A program made the translations under genes and the position numbers. The notes beneath the pieces were generated by a model that was not told where the DNA came from, did no database searches, and saw only the letters and a list, made by a program, of their open reading frames with translations. From Archaeoglobus fulgidus DSM 4304 (GTDB taxonomy: Archaea; Halobacteriota; Archaeoglobi; Archaeoglobales; Archaeoglobaceae): a DNA stretch of 32,000 nucleotides. The stretch's first letter is position 1. Every line of letters begins with the position of its first letter. Of this stretch, positions 16,593 to 24,206 are shown piece after piece. Location of the stretch: NCBI RefSeq assembly GCF_000008665.1, contig NC_000917.1, positions 1,200,001 through 1,232,000 of the forward strand, read 5' to 3'.

Positions 16593-16815
16593 TCTTTTTC
16601 ACGAGATTGAGGGCAGCGATTTGCCCACCGTTTTAGACCACCTTGAGGTTTGCAAGACGATTGAGGAGGCAATTGAAATAATAGAGTATTTTGAAAAGCG
16701 GGGAGAGATAAGCAAGGAGTACGCCAACTTTTTAAAAAGCAACCCCTCACTCCTCAAAAGCATCATAGGAACGAGGGAGAGGGGAGAATACACGAGGAGG
16801 GGTTTGCGTGATTGA
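16552..16815 (+). CDS. small conserved-looking helical protein of unknown function
   Basis: MEWKKEKFKKMFPNLFHEIEGSDLPTVLDHLEVCKTIEEAIEIIEYFEKRGEISKEYANFLKSNP... Start is uncertain (ATG 16447, 16552 or 16582). It overlaps both neighbours. Confidence 0.45.
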   Translation: MEWKKEKFKKMFPNLFHEIEGSDLPTVLDHLEVCKTIEEAIEIIEYFEKRGEISKEYANFLKSNPSLLKSIIGTRERGEYTRRGLRD

Positions 16816-17974
16816 AATCGGAATTGCGGGGAAACCAAACGCCGGAAAGTCAACGTTCTTCAAAGCTGCTACCCTTGCTGATGCAGAGATAGCCAACTAC
16901 CCCTTCACCACCATAAAGCCCAACGTTGGTATTGGACATGTGAGGGTTAAGTGCGTCTGTCAGGAGCTGGGGGTAAAGTGCAATGAGTGCGTTGATGGCT
17001 GGAGGTTTATTCCCGTCAAGCTGATTGACGTTGCAGGGCTTGTGCCCGACGCCCACAAAGGCAGAGGGTTGGGCAACGAGTTTCTCGACAACCTCAGGCA
17101 GAGCGAGGCAGTCATCCACGTGGTTGACGCTTCCGGGTCAACAGACGAGGAAGGGAACGAGATTGGCGTTGGAGAGAGAAATCCCGTCGAGGACGTGAAG
17201 TTTCTCTACCGCGAGATAGATATGTGGCTTTTCGGCATACTCAAGAGGAACTGGGACAAGATTATCAGGAGGATGAAGGCGGAGAAGAGGGATGCTGCAA
17301 AGTTCCTGACGGAGCAGCTTGCCGGGCTTGGTTTTGAGGAGTGGATGGTCAGAGAGGCGATGAGGAGTTTTGGTGATGTATCAACGCTCAGCGACGAACA
17401 GCTGAGAGACTTTGCCGTTGAACTAAGAAAAAGGAGGATGCAGATGGTTATTGCTGCCAATAAAGCTGACAAAGCTCCAAAGAACTTGCTCGAAGAGTTG
17501 ATGAAGCTCGATGAGATCGTTGTCCCAACCTCTGCAGCCTACGAGCTTATTTTAAGGACTGCAGCAAAGAACGGCTACATAAAGTATCTGCCCGGCGATT
17601 CGGACTTTGAAATAGTAAAGGAGCTGAATGAAAAGCAGATGAAAGCCCTTGAGAAAATAAGGGAGTTCCTTAGAGAGTTTGGCAGTACGGGCGTGCAGGA
17701 GGCTATAAACAGAGTTGTCTTCGACCTCCTAGACTACATTGTTGTTTATCCCGTTGAGGATGAGAACAAGTTCACCGACTCCAAGGGAAACGTCCTGCCT
17801 GATGCGATGCTGGTTAAAAGGGGCACGACGGCCAAGGAGCTTGCCTTCAAAATCCACACAGACATTGGAAAGCACTTTATCTACGCCCTCGACGCAAGAA
17901 CCAAGATGAGGGTTGCTGATGACTACGAGTTGAAGAACAACGATGTAATAAAGATTGTTTCCGGAGCTAAGTGA
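16808..17974 (+). CDS. Obg/YchF-family P-loop GTPase/ATPase with C-terminal TGS-like domain
   Basis: G1 GKPNAGKST, G3 DVAGLV, G4 NKADK, and a C-terminal TGS-like block KRGTTAKELAFKIHTDIGKHFIYA...NDVIKIV. GTG start lies 6 nt after GGAGGGG. Confidence 0.85.
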   Translation: MIEIGIAGKPNAGKSTFFKAATLADAEIANYPFTTIKPNVGIGHVRVKCVCQELGVKCNECVDGWRFIPVKLIDVAGLVPDAHKGRGLGNEFLDNLRQSEAVIHVVDASGSTDEEGNEIGVGERNPVEDVKFLYREIDMWLFGILKRNWDKIIRRMKAEKRDAAKFLTEQLAGLGFEEWMVREAMRSFGDVSTLSDEQLRDFAVELRKRRMQMVIAANKADKAPKNLLEELMKLDEIVVPTSAAYELILRTAAKNGYIKYLPGDSDFEIVKELNEKQMKALEKIREFLREFGSTGVQEAINRVVFDLLDYIVVYPVEDENKFTDSKGNVLPDAMLVKRGTTAKELAFKIHTDIGKHFIYALDARTKMRVADDYELKNNDVIKIVSGAK

Positions 17975-18053
17975 TAATTGTAATGATGGATTTCATGATA
18001 ATGGAGATATATATTAAGAAAAATTTAAATACTTTCAGAACTGTAATTACCTT

Positions 18054-18215
18054 ATGGAGTGCAGGTTGTGCAGATTCTGGTTGAGAGACCATTCCTTTCC
18101 AAATCATTCAGGGTACTGCTCACTGAAGGGCTCGGTTACAGCCGCGTCATTTTCGTGTGAGCTGTTCAGAAAGAAAGACGAGGAGGCTATAGCTATACAG
18201 GTGATTTCTTACTAA
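18054..18215 (+). CDS. candidate small Cys-rich protein (53 aa), below the ORF-track size cut-off
   Basis: My own translation: MECRLCRFWLRDHSFPNHSGYCSLKGSVTAASFSCELFRKKDEEAIAIQVISY. TATA-like ATTTAAATA (18023-18031) lies about 27 nt before the ATG. A T6 run (18246-18251) follows the stop. Confidence 0.35.
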   Translation: MECRLCRFWLRDHSFPNHSGYCSLKGSVTAASFSCELFRKKDEEAIAIQVISY

Positions 18216-18245
18216 TTTTCGAAACCCTTCAAACCAATTTACGGG

Positions 18246-18251
18246 TTTTTT
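18246..18251 (+). terminator. oligo-T tract downstream of the small ORF
   Basis: GGGTTTTTTGG, 31 nt after the TAA at 18213-18215. Archaeal terminators are typically oligo-T. Confidence 0.3.
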
Positions 18252-18270
18252 GGCATCAATTCGCGTAGAC

Positions 18271-19305
18271 CTAACAAACCCTCGGAATGGGGTCTGAGAT
18301 TGGCTGGGGTACAACTCTCGTTGTTCCCACAGCCGTCTCTAAAACAACCTCCGCGAATTCCTTGGTTGCGTAGCCAATTATCTCAGCCTCCTTCTGCCCT
18401 GCCTTGTGTAAAGCCTTTAACACTTCATCAGCCATCTCGGGGTGGACTCCAAAGACAACCTTCCCCTCGTTGGCCATTGTCAGGGGGTCGAGGCCGAGAA
18501 GCTCGCAGAGCCCCCTGACCTCATCCTTCAGCGGAATCCTTTCCTCAAAAATCTTTATCCCCACTCCGCTCTTCTCTGCCATCTCGTTGAGCGCTGCAGC
18601 AATTCCCCCTCTCGTGGGGTCCTTCATCGCCGTAACTCCTCCTCTCCTCAGCGCTTCCCTGACGAAGAGCCACACGGGGTAAACGTCTGACTTGAACTCA
18701 ACCTCAAAGCCCATCCTCTCTGCCATTATAACCGCAGCGTGCTCCGCAATGCTCCCGCTGACTATTATCGCATCCCCCTCTTTCAGACCTTTATCCCTTA
18801 CCCACCTGTAGGGGTAATCTCTCAGCTCCCTCAGGACTTCCAGATTTCTCTCAAGCTCCTCGCTCCTCCTTCCTATCCCGGCAGTGTTGACGATTATGCC
18901 AACGTTCGACTCCACAACCTTCGTATCGCCGGTTATTATGCTCAAGTTCACAAGCTCCACAGAATCTCTGATATCATCCATAATCCTCCTGAAATCGCCG
19001 AGAGGGAAGCCATCCTGAATTACGAGTGCGAGAGACATGAATTCGGGCTTTGCGCCCATCACAGCCAGATCATTGCTCGTGCCGCAGACAGAAAGGCTCC
19101 CTATGCTCCCGCCCCTGAAAATCGGTGGGGAGACAACATAGGAGTCTGTTGTAAAAGCAAAATCGTCGCAAAAGTCCGAAGAGTCTTCCATATCCTCCAA
19201 GGCTATCTCTCCTGCTCTGGAAGCAATTTTTGGAAAAACGTGCTTTTTGAGGAGCTCTACCATGTACTTTCCTCCAGCTCCATCCTCCTTCCTGATTACC
19301 GACAT
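18271..19305 (-). CDS. hypE: [NiFe] hydrogenase maturation protein HypE
   Basis: 344 aa, AIR-synthase-like fold, with the characteristic C-terminal ...PRVC (PR[IV]C) motif. Confidence 0.95.
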   Translation of the reverse strand: MSVIRKEDGAGGKYMVELLKKHVFPKIASRAGEIALEDMEDSSDFCDDFAFTTDSYVVSPPIFRGGSIGSLSVCGTSNDLAVMGAKPEFMSLALVIQDGFPLGDFRRIMDDIRDSVELVNLSIITGDTKVVESNVGIIVNTAGIGRRSEELERNLEVLRELRDYPYRWVRDKGLKEGDAIIVSGSIAEHAAVIMAERMGFEVEFKSDVYPVWLFVREALRRGGVTAMKDPTRGGIAAALNEMAEKSGVGIKIFEERIPLKDEVRGLCELLGLDPLTMANEGKVVFGVHPEMADEVLKALHKAGQKEAEIIGYATKEFAEVVLETAVGTTRVVPQPISDPIPRVC

Positions 19306-19306
19306 T

Positions 19307-21529
19307 TTACCCCTCCAGAGCTTTCAAGGCGTAAATCTGCCCAAGACTTATTCCATTATCACCAAGAGGATAAAGGGAGGGCACAACAATCTCTCCGCAA
19401 ACCCTCTCCACCTCCCTCAGGAAATACCTGTTGTAGCCCACTCCCCCTGAAATTAGAATCTTGCAGTTCCTTGCAGCATCAAGCGCAATCTCTCCCAGAC
19501 CCCGTGCAACGTAGGCAATGGCCTCGTAGGCTATTTTTCCTCTCCCCTCACCTTCCAGATACCTCTCCATGCAGCGTGTAAAAAAGTCCCTCAGCATCAA
19601 AACCTTAATCTCCCCCTGCCTCCCCTCTGTATCAAAAGGCGAGTTGTAGACGCATGTTTCCCTTCTTCTCTCAATTTCCGGCTTAACTTCCACTTCGTGG
19701 GGCTCTGCAGCAGCCTCAAGCTTCATCGCAGGTTCACCCTCGTAGGTTCTTTCAAGGCAAACTTCAAGCATTGCAGACACCGCATCAAGGAATCTACCCA
19801 CTGAGGTGGTCTTAACGGCCAGTGGAAGGGCCTTAATCAGCCTTTCCACGTCTTCATATTTGCAGTAGTGCTCAAGCAGCTCATGGCGCTTTAGCAGAGA
19901 AACAGCGATTCTCAGAGGTCTGTATGTTGCTGCGTCACCACCAATGAGCCCAAAGGTTTCAAGCCTGCCCCTTCTTTCGAATCTTCCCTTTTCAAGGTCG
20001 ATAAGGAGAACCTCACCACCCCAAACCTTTCCGTCCATTCCGTATCCAACCCCATCAACCGTTATCGCCACCGCCCTCTCAAGTCCTTTCTCCGCCATCA
20101 CACTCAGAGCATGGGCGAAGTGGTGCTGAACCTTAATATGCCTGCATGAAAGCTCCTTCGAGAGCTTTTCGGCAAAATTTGTTGTGTTGAAGAGAGGATG
20201 CATGTCGGAAATAATGTAATCAATTTTTTCAAGGTTCATGTATCTGGCAAAGAATTTCACCGCCCTCTTAAAAAACTCATTGTAGGTTCTGAAGTTTGCG
20301 GTGTTTCCGATGTACTGCGAAACGACCGCCTTACCTTCCTTGAGAAGGGCTATGGAATTGTAAAGCTCCGCTCCGACAGCAATTGCATTAAAGCCAATGT
20401 CAATTTTTATTGGCTGGGGAACAAAGCCCCTCGACCTCCTAATCAATAGCCTTCTCCCACCCACATACTTTACAACGGAATCATCCACCCTGTTGGCAAT
20501 TTCGAGGTTGTGAACGAGAAAGCCATCAAGCTCCATTTTTTCCATGATGCTCTCATCGATATACATAGGCTCTCCCGGGAGGTTGGCAGAGGTCATCACC
20601 AGATAATCCGCCTTCAGCTCTTGGAAAAGAAGGTGGTGGAGGGGAGTGTAGGGGAGCATAATGCCAATGGTATCGAGCTCTGGAGCTACTGCCTCGAAGG
20701 GGAGCTTTTTTCTCACAACAACAATTGGCCTCGCCGGGCTGAGCAGCTCGGCCCTCTCCTCATTGCTTAGCTCCGCAACCCTCTCAGCACTACTCAAGTC
20801 TCTCACCATCACAGCAAAGGGCTGCTGTGGGCGGTTCAGCAGCTTTCTAAGCCTTAAAACCACATCATCTTCAGTAAGGCAGGCTATGTGGTAGCCCCCA
20901 ATCCCCTTAATCGCTATAATCTTCCCCGAATCGAGAGCGTTTGCCGCATCGCCAATACCACCCTCTCCGCCTTTCCAGACAAATCTGTACTGCGGGCCGC
21001 ACCGAGGGCATGCAATTGTTTGGGCGAAATACCTTCTGTCCTTAATATCCCCATATTCCTTCCTGCAGTCAGGACAGAGGGGGAAATCGGCAAGACTTGT
21101 GTTCTCCCTGTCGAAGGGGAGAGATTTGCTTATCGTGAACCTCGGCCCGCAATCGGTGCAGGAGGTGAAAGGATAAAGGTACCTTCTGTTTTTCGAGTCA
21201 AGCACCTCTTCAAGGCATTTATCGCAAACGGCAACGTCAGGGGGAGGGAGTGAGAGCAGGCTTTTACCGCCGCTCTCCACGATTCTGAAGGTTTCGGGAA
21301 TCTCTCCATTCGTTTTGGCGACGCTGAAATCCTCTATAACCACCAGCGGTGGCCTCTCTTTTAGCAGAATATTCAAAAATTCCTCAGGATTCCTGTCAAC
21401 CACAATCTCCACCGAACCATCTCCGGTGTTCCTGACGTAGCCTCTCAAGCCCATTCTGCTGGCGATTCTGTGCACAAAGGGTCTGAAGCCCACTCCCTGA
21501 ACAACTCCCCTGACCGTAATCTTGAACAT
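19307..21529 (-). CDS. hypF: carbamoyltransferase HypF
   Basis: 740 aa. Acylphosphatase N-terminus VRGVVQGVGFRPFV; two Zn-finger pairs CDKC...CTDCGPRF and CPDC...CPRCGPQY; YrdC-like and Kae1-like C-terminal parts. Confidence 0.95.
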   Translation of the reverse strand: MFKITVRGVVQGVGFRPFVHRIASRMGLRGYVRNTGDGSVEIVVDRNPEEFLNILLKERPPLVVIEDFSVAKTNGEIPETFRIVESGGKSLLSLPPPDVAVCDKCLEEVLDSKNRRYLYPFTSCTDCGPRFTISKSLPFDRENTSLADFPLCPDCRKEYGDIKDRRYFAQTIACPRCGPQYRFVWKGGEGGIGDAANALDSGKIIAIKGIGGYHIACLTEDDVVLRLRKLLNRPQQPFAVMVRDLSSAERVAELSNEERAELLSPARPIVVVRKKLPFEAVAPELDTIGIMLPYTPLHHLLFQELKADYLVMTSANLPGEPMYIDESIMEKMELDGFLVHNLEIANRVDDSVVKYVGGRRLLIRRSRGFVPQPIKIDIGFNAIAVGAELYNSIALLKEGKAVVSQYIGNTANFRTYNEFFKRAVKFFARYMNLEKIDYIISDMHPLFNTTNFAEKLSKELSCRHIKVQHHFAHALSVMAEKGLERAVAITVDGVGYGMDGKVWGGEVLLIDLEKGRFERRGRLETFGLIGGDAATYRPLRIAVSLLKRHELLEHYCKYEDVERLIKALPLAVKTTSVGRFLDAVSAMLEVCLERTYEGEPAMKLEAAAEPHEVEVKPEIERRRETCVYNSPFDTEGRQGEIKVLMLRDFFTRCMERYLEGEGRGKIAYEAIAYVARGLGEIALDAARNCKILISGGVGYNRYFLREVERVCGEIVVPSLYPLGDNGISLGQIYALKALEG

Positions 21530-21551
21530 TCATCATGAGCTTAAGAAAAGC

Positions 21552-21564
21552 TTTTAAAAATATT
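21552..21564. promoter_or_regulatory. single A/T box in the 50-bp hypF/hypA spacer (candidate shared TATA element)
   Basis: TTTTAAAAATATT, preceded by the palindrome AAAAGCTTTT. It lies about 22 nt from the hypA GTG (21580) and about 29 nt from the hypF ATG (21529). Confidence 0.4.
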
Positions 21565-21579
21565 GCGAAAACTCCTTTT

Positions 21580-21912
21580 GTGCATGAAATGAGCTTTGCA
21601 GAGGCGATAATCAGAAATGTCCTTAGATTTGCCGAGGAAAAGCAAGCAAAAACCGTCACATCAGTTAGGGTTCGTGTGGGTGAGCTTCTACTCATCAACC
21701 CGGAGCAGCTTCAATTCTGCTTTAGCGTAGCGTCAAAGGGAACGATTGCTGAAGGAGCAAAGCTGGAGATAAGTGTGGAGAGGGCAGACATTAGGTGTCT
21801 GCTCTGCGGAAGGGAGCTGAGCAAAGATGAGATGCTCTGCGAGTGTGGGGGTTTTGCTCAGGTTAAAGGAGGTAAGGACTTCATTCTTGAAAGCGTAGTT
21901 GTGGAGGTGTAG
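21580..21912 (+). CDS. hypA: hydrogenase nickel-insertion protein HypA
   Basis: GTG start giving MHEMSFAEAII, the canonical HypA N-terminus (MHE). Zn site CLLCG...CECGG. The track start at 21535 is an upstream extension. Confidence 0.9.
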   Translation: MHEMSFAEAIIRNVLRFAEEKQAKTVTSVRVRVGELLLINPEQLQFCFSVASKGTIAEGAKLEISVERADIRCLLCGRELSKDEMLCECGGFAQVKGGKDFILESVVVEV

Positions 21913-21914
21913 GC

Positions 21915-22580
21915 TTGCACGAGTATGAACTTAATCAGGATTTGCTTGCCGAAAACAAGAGGCTGGCAGAGAAGAACAGAGAAGCGCTCAGAGAGAGCGG
22001 GACTGTGGCTGTGAACATAATGGGGGCAATTGGTTCCGGCAAGACCCTTCTCATTGAGAGAACAATCGAGAGGATCGGCAATGAGGTCAAAATTGGCGCC
22101 ATGCTGGGAGATGTTGTCTCCAAGGCTGACTATGAAAGGGTGAGAAGATTCGGAATTAAGGCAGAGGCGATAAGCACGGGAAAGGAGTGTCACCTCGATG
22201 CGCACATGATTTACCACCGCCTGAAGAAGTTCTCCGATTGTGATTTGCTCCTAATAGAGAACGTCGGCAATTTAATCTGCCCAGTGGACTTTGATCTGGG
22301 AGAGAACTACAGGGTGGTGATGGTCAGCGTAACGGAGGGGGATGACGTGGTTGAAAAGCATCCAGAGATTTTCAGAGTTGCAGATTTGATTGTAATCAAC
22401 AAGGTAGCTCTGGCGGAGGCTGTTGGGGCAGATGTTGAGAAAATGAAGGCGGATGCGAAGCTTATCAACCCGAGAGCTAAAATCATCGAGATGGACCTCA
22501 AAACCGGTAAAGGATTTGAGGAGTGGATTGACTTTTTGAGGGGGATTCTGAATGTGCATAGCGATTCCGGGCAGAATTGA
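21915..22580 (+). CDS. hypB: hydrogenase nickel-incorporation GTPase HypB
   Basis: P-loop GAIGSGKT, ENVGNLICP, INKVAL. TTG start lies 6 nt after GGAGGTG. Confidence 0.9.
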   Translation: MHEYELNQDLLAENKRLAEKNREALRESGTVAVNIMGAIGSGKTLLIERTIERIGNEVKIGAMLGDVVSKADYERVRRFGIKAEAISTGKECHLDAHMIYHRLKKFSDCDLLLIENVGNLICPVDFDLGENYRVVMVSVTEGDDVVEKHPEIFRVADLIVINKVALAEAVGADVEKMKADAKLINPRAKIIEMDLKTGKGFEEWIDFLRGILNVHSDSGQN

Positions 22581-22785
22581 GAGAATTGACTACCCCATCG
22601 CCATCGTGGACTTCAAGGGGTTGAAGAAGGAGGTGAGGATAGACCTCCTCGAAAATCCGCAGATTGGAGATTACGTTCTCGTCCACGTCGGGATGGCCAT
22701 TCAGAAGGTCGATGAGGAGGAGGCAAAAAAGACTTGGGAGTTGCTGGAGAGAGTTGCAGATGAAACCGGTAATCAGGCTTTCTGA
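22552..22785 (+). CDS. hypC: hydrogenase assembly chaperone HypC
   Basis: 77 aa. N-terminal MCIAIPGRI with the essential Cys2. Confidence 0.9.
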   Translation: MCIAIPGRIERIDYPIAIVDFKGLKKEVRIDLLENPQIGDYVLVHVGMAIQKVDEEEAKKTWELLERVADETGNQAF

Positions 22786-23827
22786 GAAAATAAGGGAGCT
22801 CTCAAAGGAGTTTGAGTCGGTCAAAATAATGCACCTCTGCGGAACTCATGAAGATACCATCACAAAGTACAATCTCCGCTCCCTCCTCCCGGAAAACATC
22901 TCCCTGCTGAGCGGTCCCGGCTGTCCAGTTTGCATAACTCCCGACGAGGACATACAGATGGTAATGCACCTGCTGGAGAAGGAAAACATCACCCTCGCCA
23001 CCTTCGGGGATATGGCGAGAGTCCCCTTTCAGGGGAAGAGCCTATTCACTTTAAGGGCAGAGGGGTATGACATAAGAATCGTTTACAGCATCTTTGACTC
23101 CTTAAAGCTTGCAGAAAGCTCGGATAGGCCAGTTGTTCACTTCGCCATCGGCTTTGAAACGACCATGCCCTCAACAGCTATAGCCCTTCTTGATGAGAAG
23201 GAGAACTTCTACGTCTTCTCAGCCCACCGCTTCTTCATCCCTGCAGTGCATGCGCTCTGCGAAAACACGACCGTTGATGCCTTCATAAACCCCGGACACG
23301 TCTCAACGATAATCGGCGTGAAACCGTACAGGGAGATTCTGAAGAAATACGGAATACCGCAGGTGATTGCAGGATTCGAGCCTGAAGATGTTATGCTTGC
23401 CATCTATCTTCTCCTTGAGGCGATGAGTGATGGCAGAAGGGAGGTTATCAACGAGTACAGCAGAGCGGTAAAGGAGGAGGGAAACGTCAGGGCTTTGGAG
23501 GCCATGGACAGGGTTTTCAGGAAGGAAGACTGGAGCTGGAGGGGGCTTGGAGTGGTGAAGGGGAGTGGTGGAGCATTGGCAAAAAGATTCGAGCAGTTCG
23601 ATGCGAGGAAGGTTTTTGAAGATGCCTTCGCCGATTTTCAGCCTGTGGAAGACAAAAGCAAGAGGTTATGCAGGTGCGGGGACGTGCTGAAGGGCATCGC
23701 CACACCAAAGGACTGCCCGCTGTTCATGAAAGCCTGCAACCCGAGAAACCCCGTTGGAGCGTGCATGGTGAGTGTGGAGGGGACGTGCAACATCTGGGCT
23801 ACCTCCGGCACATCTCGTACGCAATGA
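22760..23827 (+). CDS. hypD: hydrogenase maturation protein HypD
   Basis: From ATG 22760 (MKPVIRLSEKIRE...): HLCGTHED, GPGCPVCIT, CRCGDVLKG, and C-terminal CMVSVEGTC. The track start at 22664 is an out-of-family extension overlapping hypC. Confidence 0.9.
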   Translation: MKPVIRLSEKIRELSKEFESVKIMHLCGTHEDTITKYNLRSLLPENISLLSGPGCPVCITPDEDIQMVMHLLEKENITLATFGDMARVPFQGKSLFTLRAEGYDIRIVYSIFDSLKLAESSDRPVVHFAIGFETTMPSTAIALLDEKENFYVFSAHRFFIPAVHALCENTTVDAFINPGHVSTIIGVKPYREILKKYGIPQVIAGFEPEDVMLAIYLLLEAMSDGRREVINEYSRAVKEEGNVRALEAMDRVFRKEDWSWRGLGVVKGSGGALAKRFEQFDARKVFEDAFADFQPVEDKSKRLCRCGDVLKGIATPKDCPLFMKACNPRNPVGACMVSVEGTCNIWATSGTSRTQ

Positions 23828-24206
23828 CGTCCATCACTACTGACAGGGCCTTTTCCAAAGCCCCATCATCTTTTTCGCCAACCTCCACCGCAACAATCAG
23901 AATTTCGGGCATCTCGGCATACTCAAATCCGAGCATTATGGCCTCCATAACACCAATTGAGTGGGAGGTAAAGACCTTCCTTGCCTTAAGGTCCTCAACA
24001 CTGAGAAGGTGAATTTCTCCAGTTTTTTTGCCAAGCAAAACGTCAACGACTATTGCAAAATCGTATCCCTCCAGCATTTCTGGCAAATCGAGAGGGAAGG
24101 CTGCTAAAGCGTCAAATCCAGCTTTTTTCGCCATCTCTGCAACTTTTACTCCAAAAGAGTCCTCAGGAATGTGTGGATTGCCCACTCCCACAACAACTTT
24201 CCTCAT
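23799..24206 (-). CDS. [NiFe] hydrogenase maturation endopeptidase (for the Mvh large subunit)
   Basis: From ATG 24206: MRKVVVGVGNPHIPEDSFG is the GxGN...D..G motif of HycI/HyaD-type proteases. It is the last gene of the hdr-mvh operon. Confidence 0.8.
   Translation of the reverse strand: MRKVVVGVGNPHIPEDSFGVKVAEMAKKAGFDALAAFPLDLPEMLEGYDFAIVVDVLLGKKTGEIHLLSVEDLKARKVFTSHSIGVMEAIMLGFEYAEMPEILIVAVEVGEKDDGALEKALSVVMDVIAYEMCRR

Noticed and set aside
17983-18053. Possible C/D-box sRNA (AATGATGG / CATGATAA) or a 33-codon ORF (MMDFMIMEIYIKK...) downstream of the GTPase gene
   Set aside because: The C-box match is imperfect. No CTGA D box lies at the right spacing, and there is no terminal stem. The short ORF overlaps the promoter-like box of the 53-codon ORF and has no signals of its own.
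18739-19581. 280-aa plus-strand ORF spanning the hypE/hypF junction
   Set aside because: It crosses the boundary of two strongly supported minus-strand genes and is Pro/Ser-rich. This is a typical antisense open frame in moderately GC-rich coding DNA.
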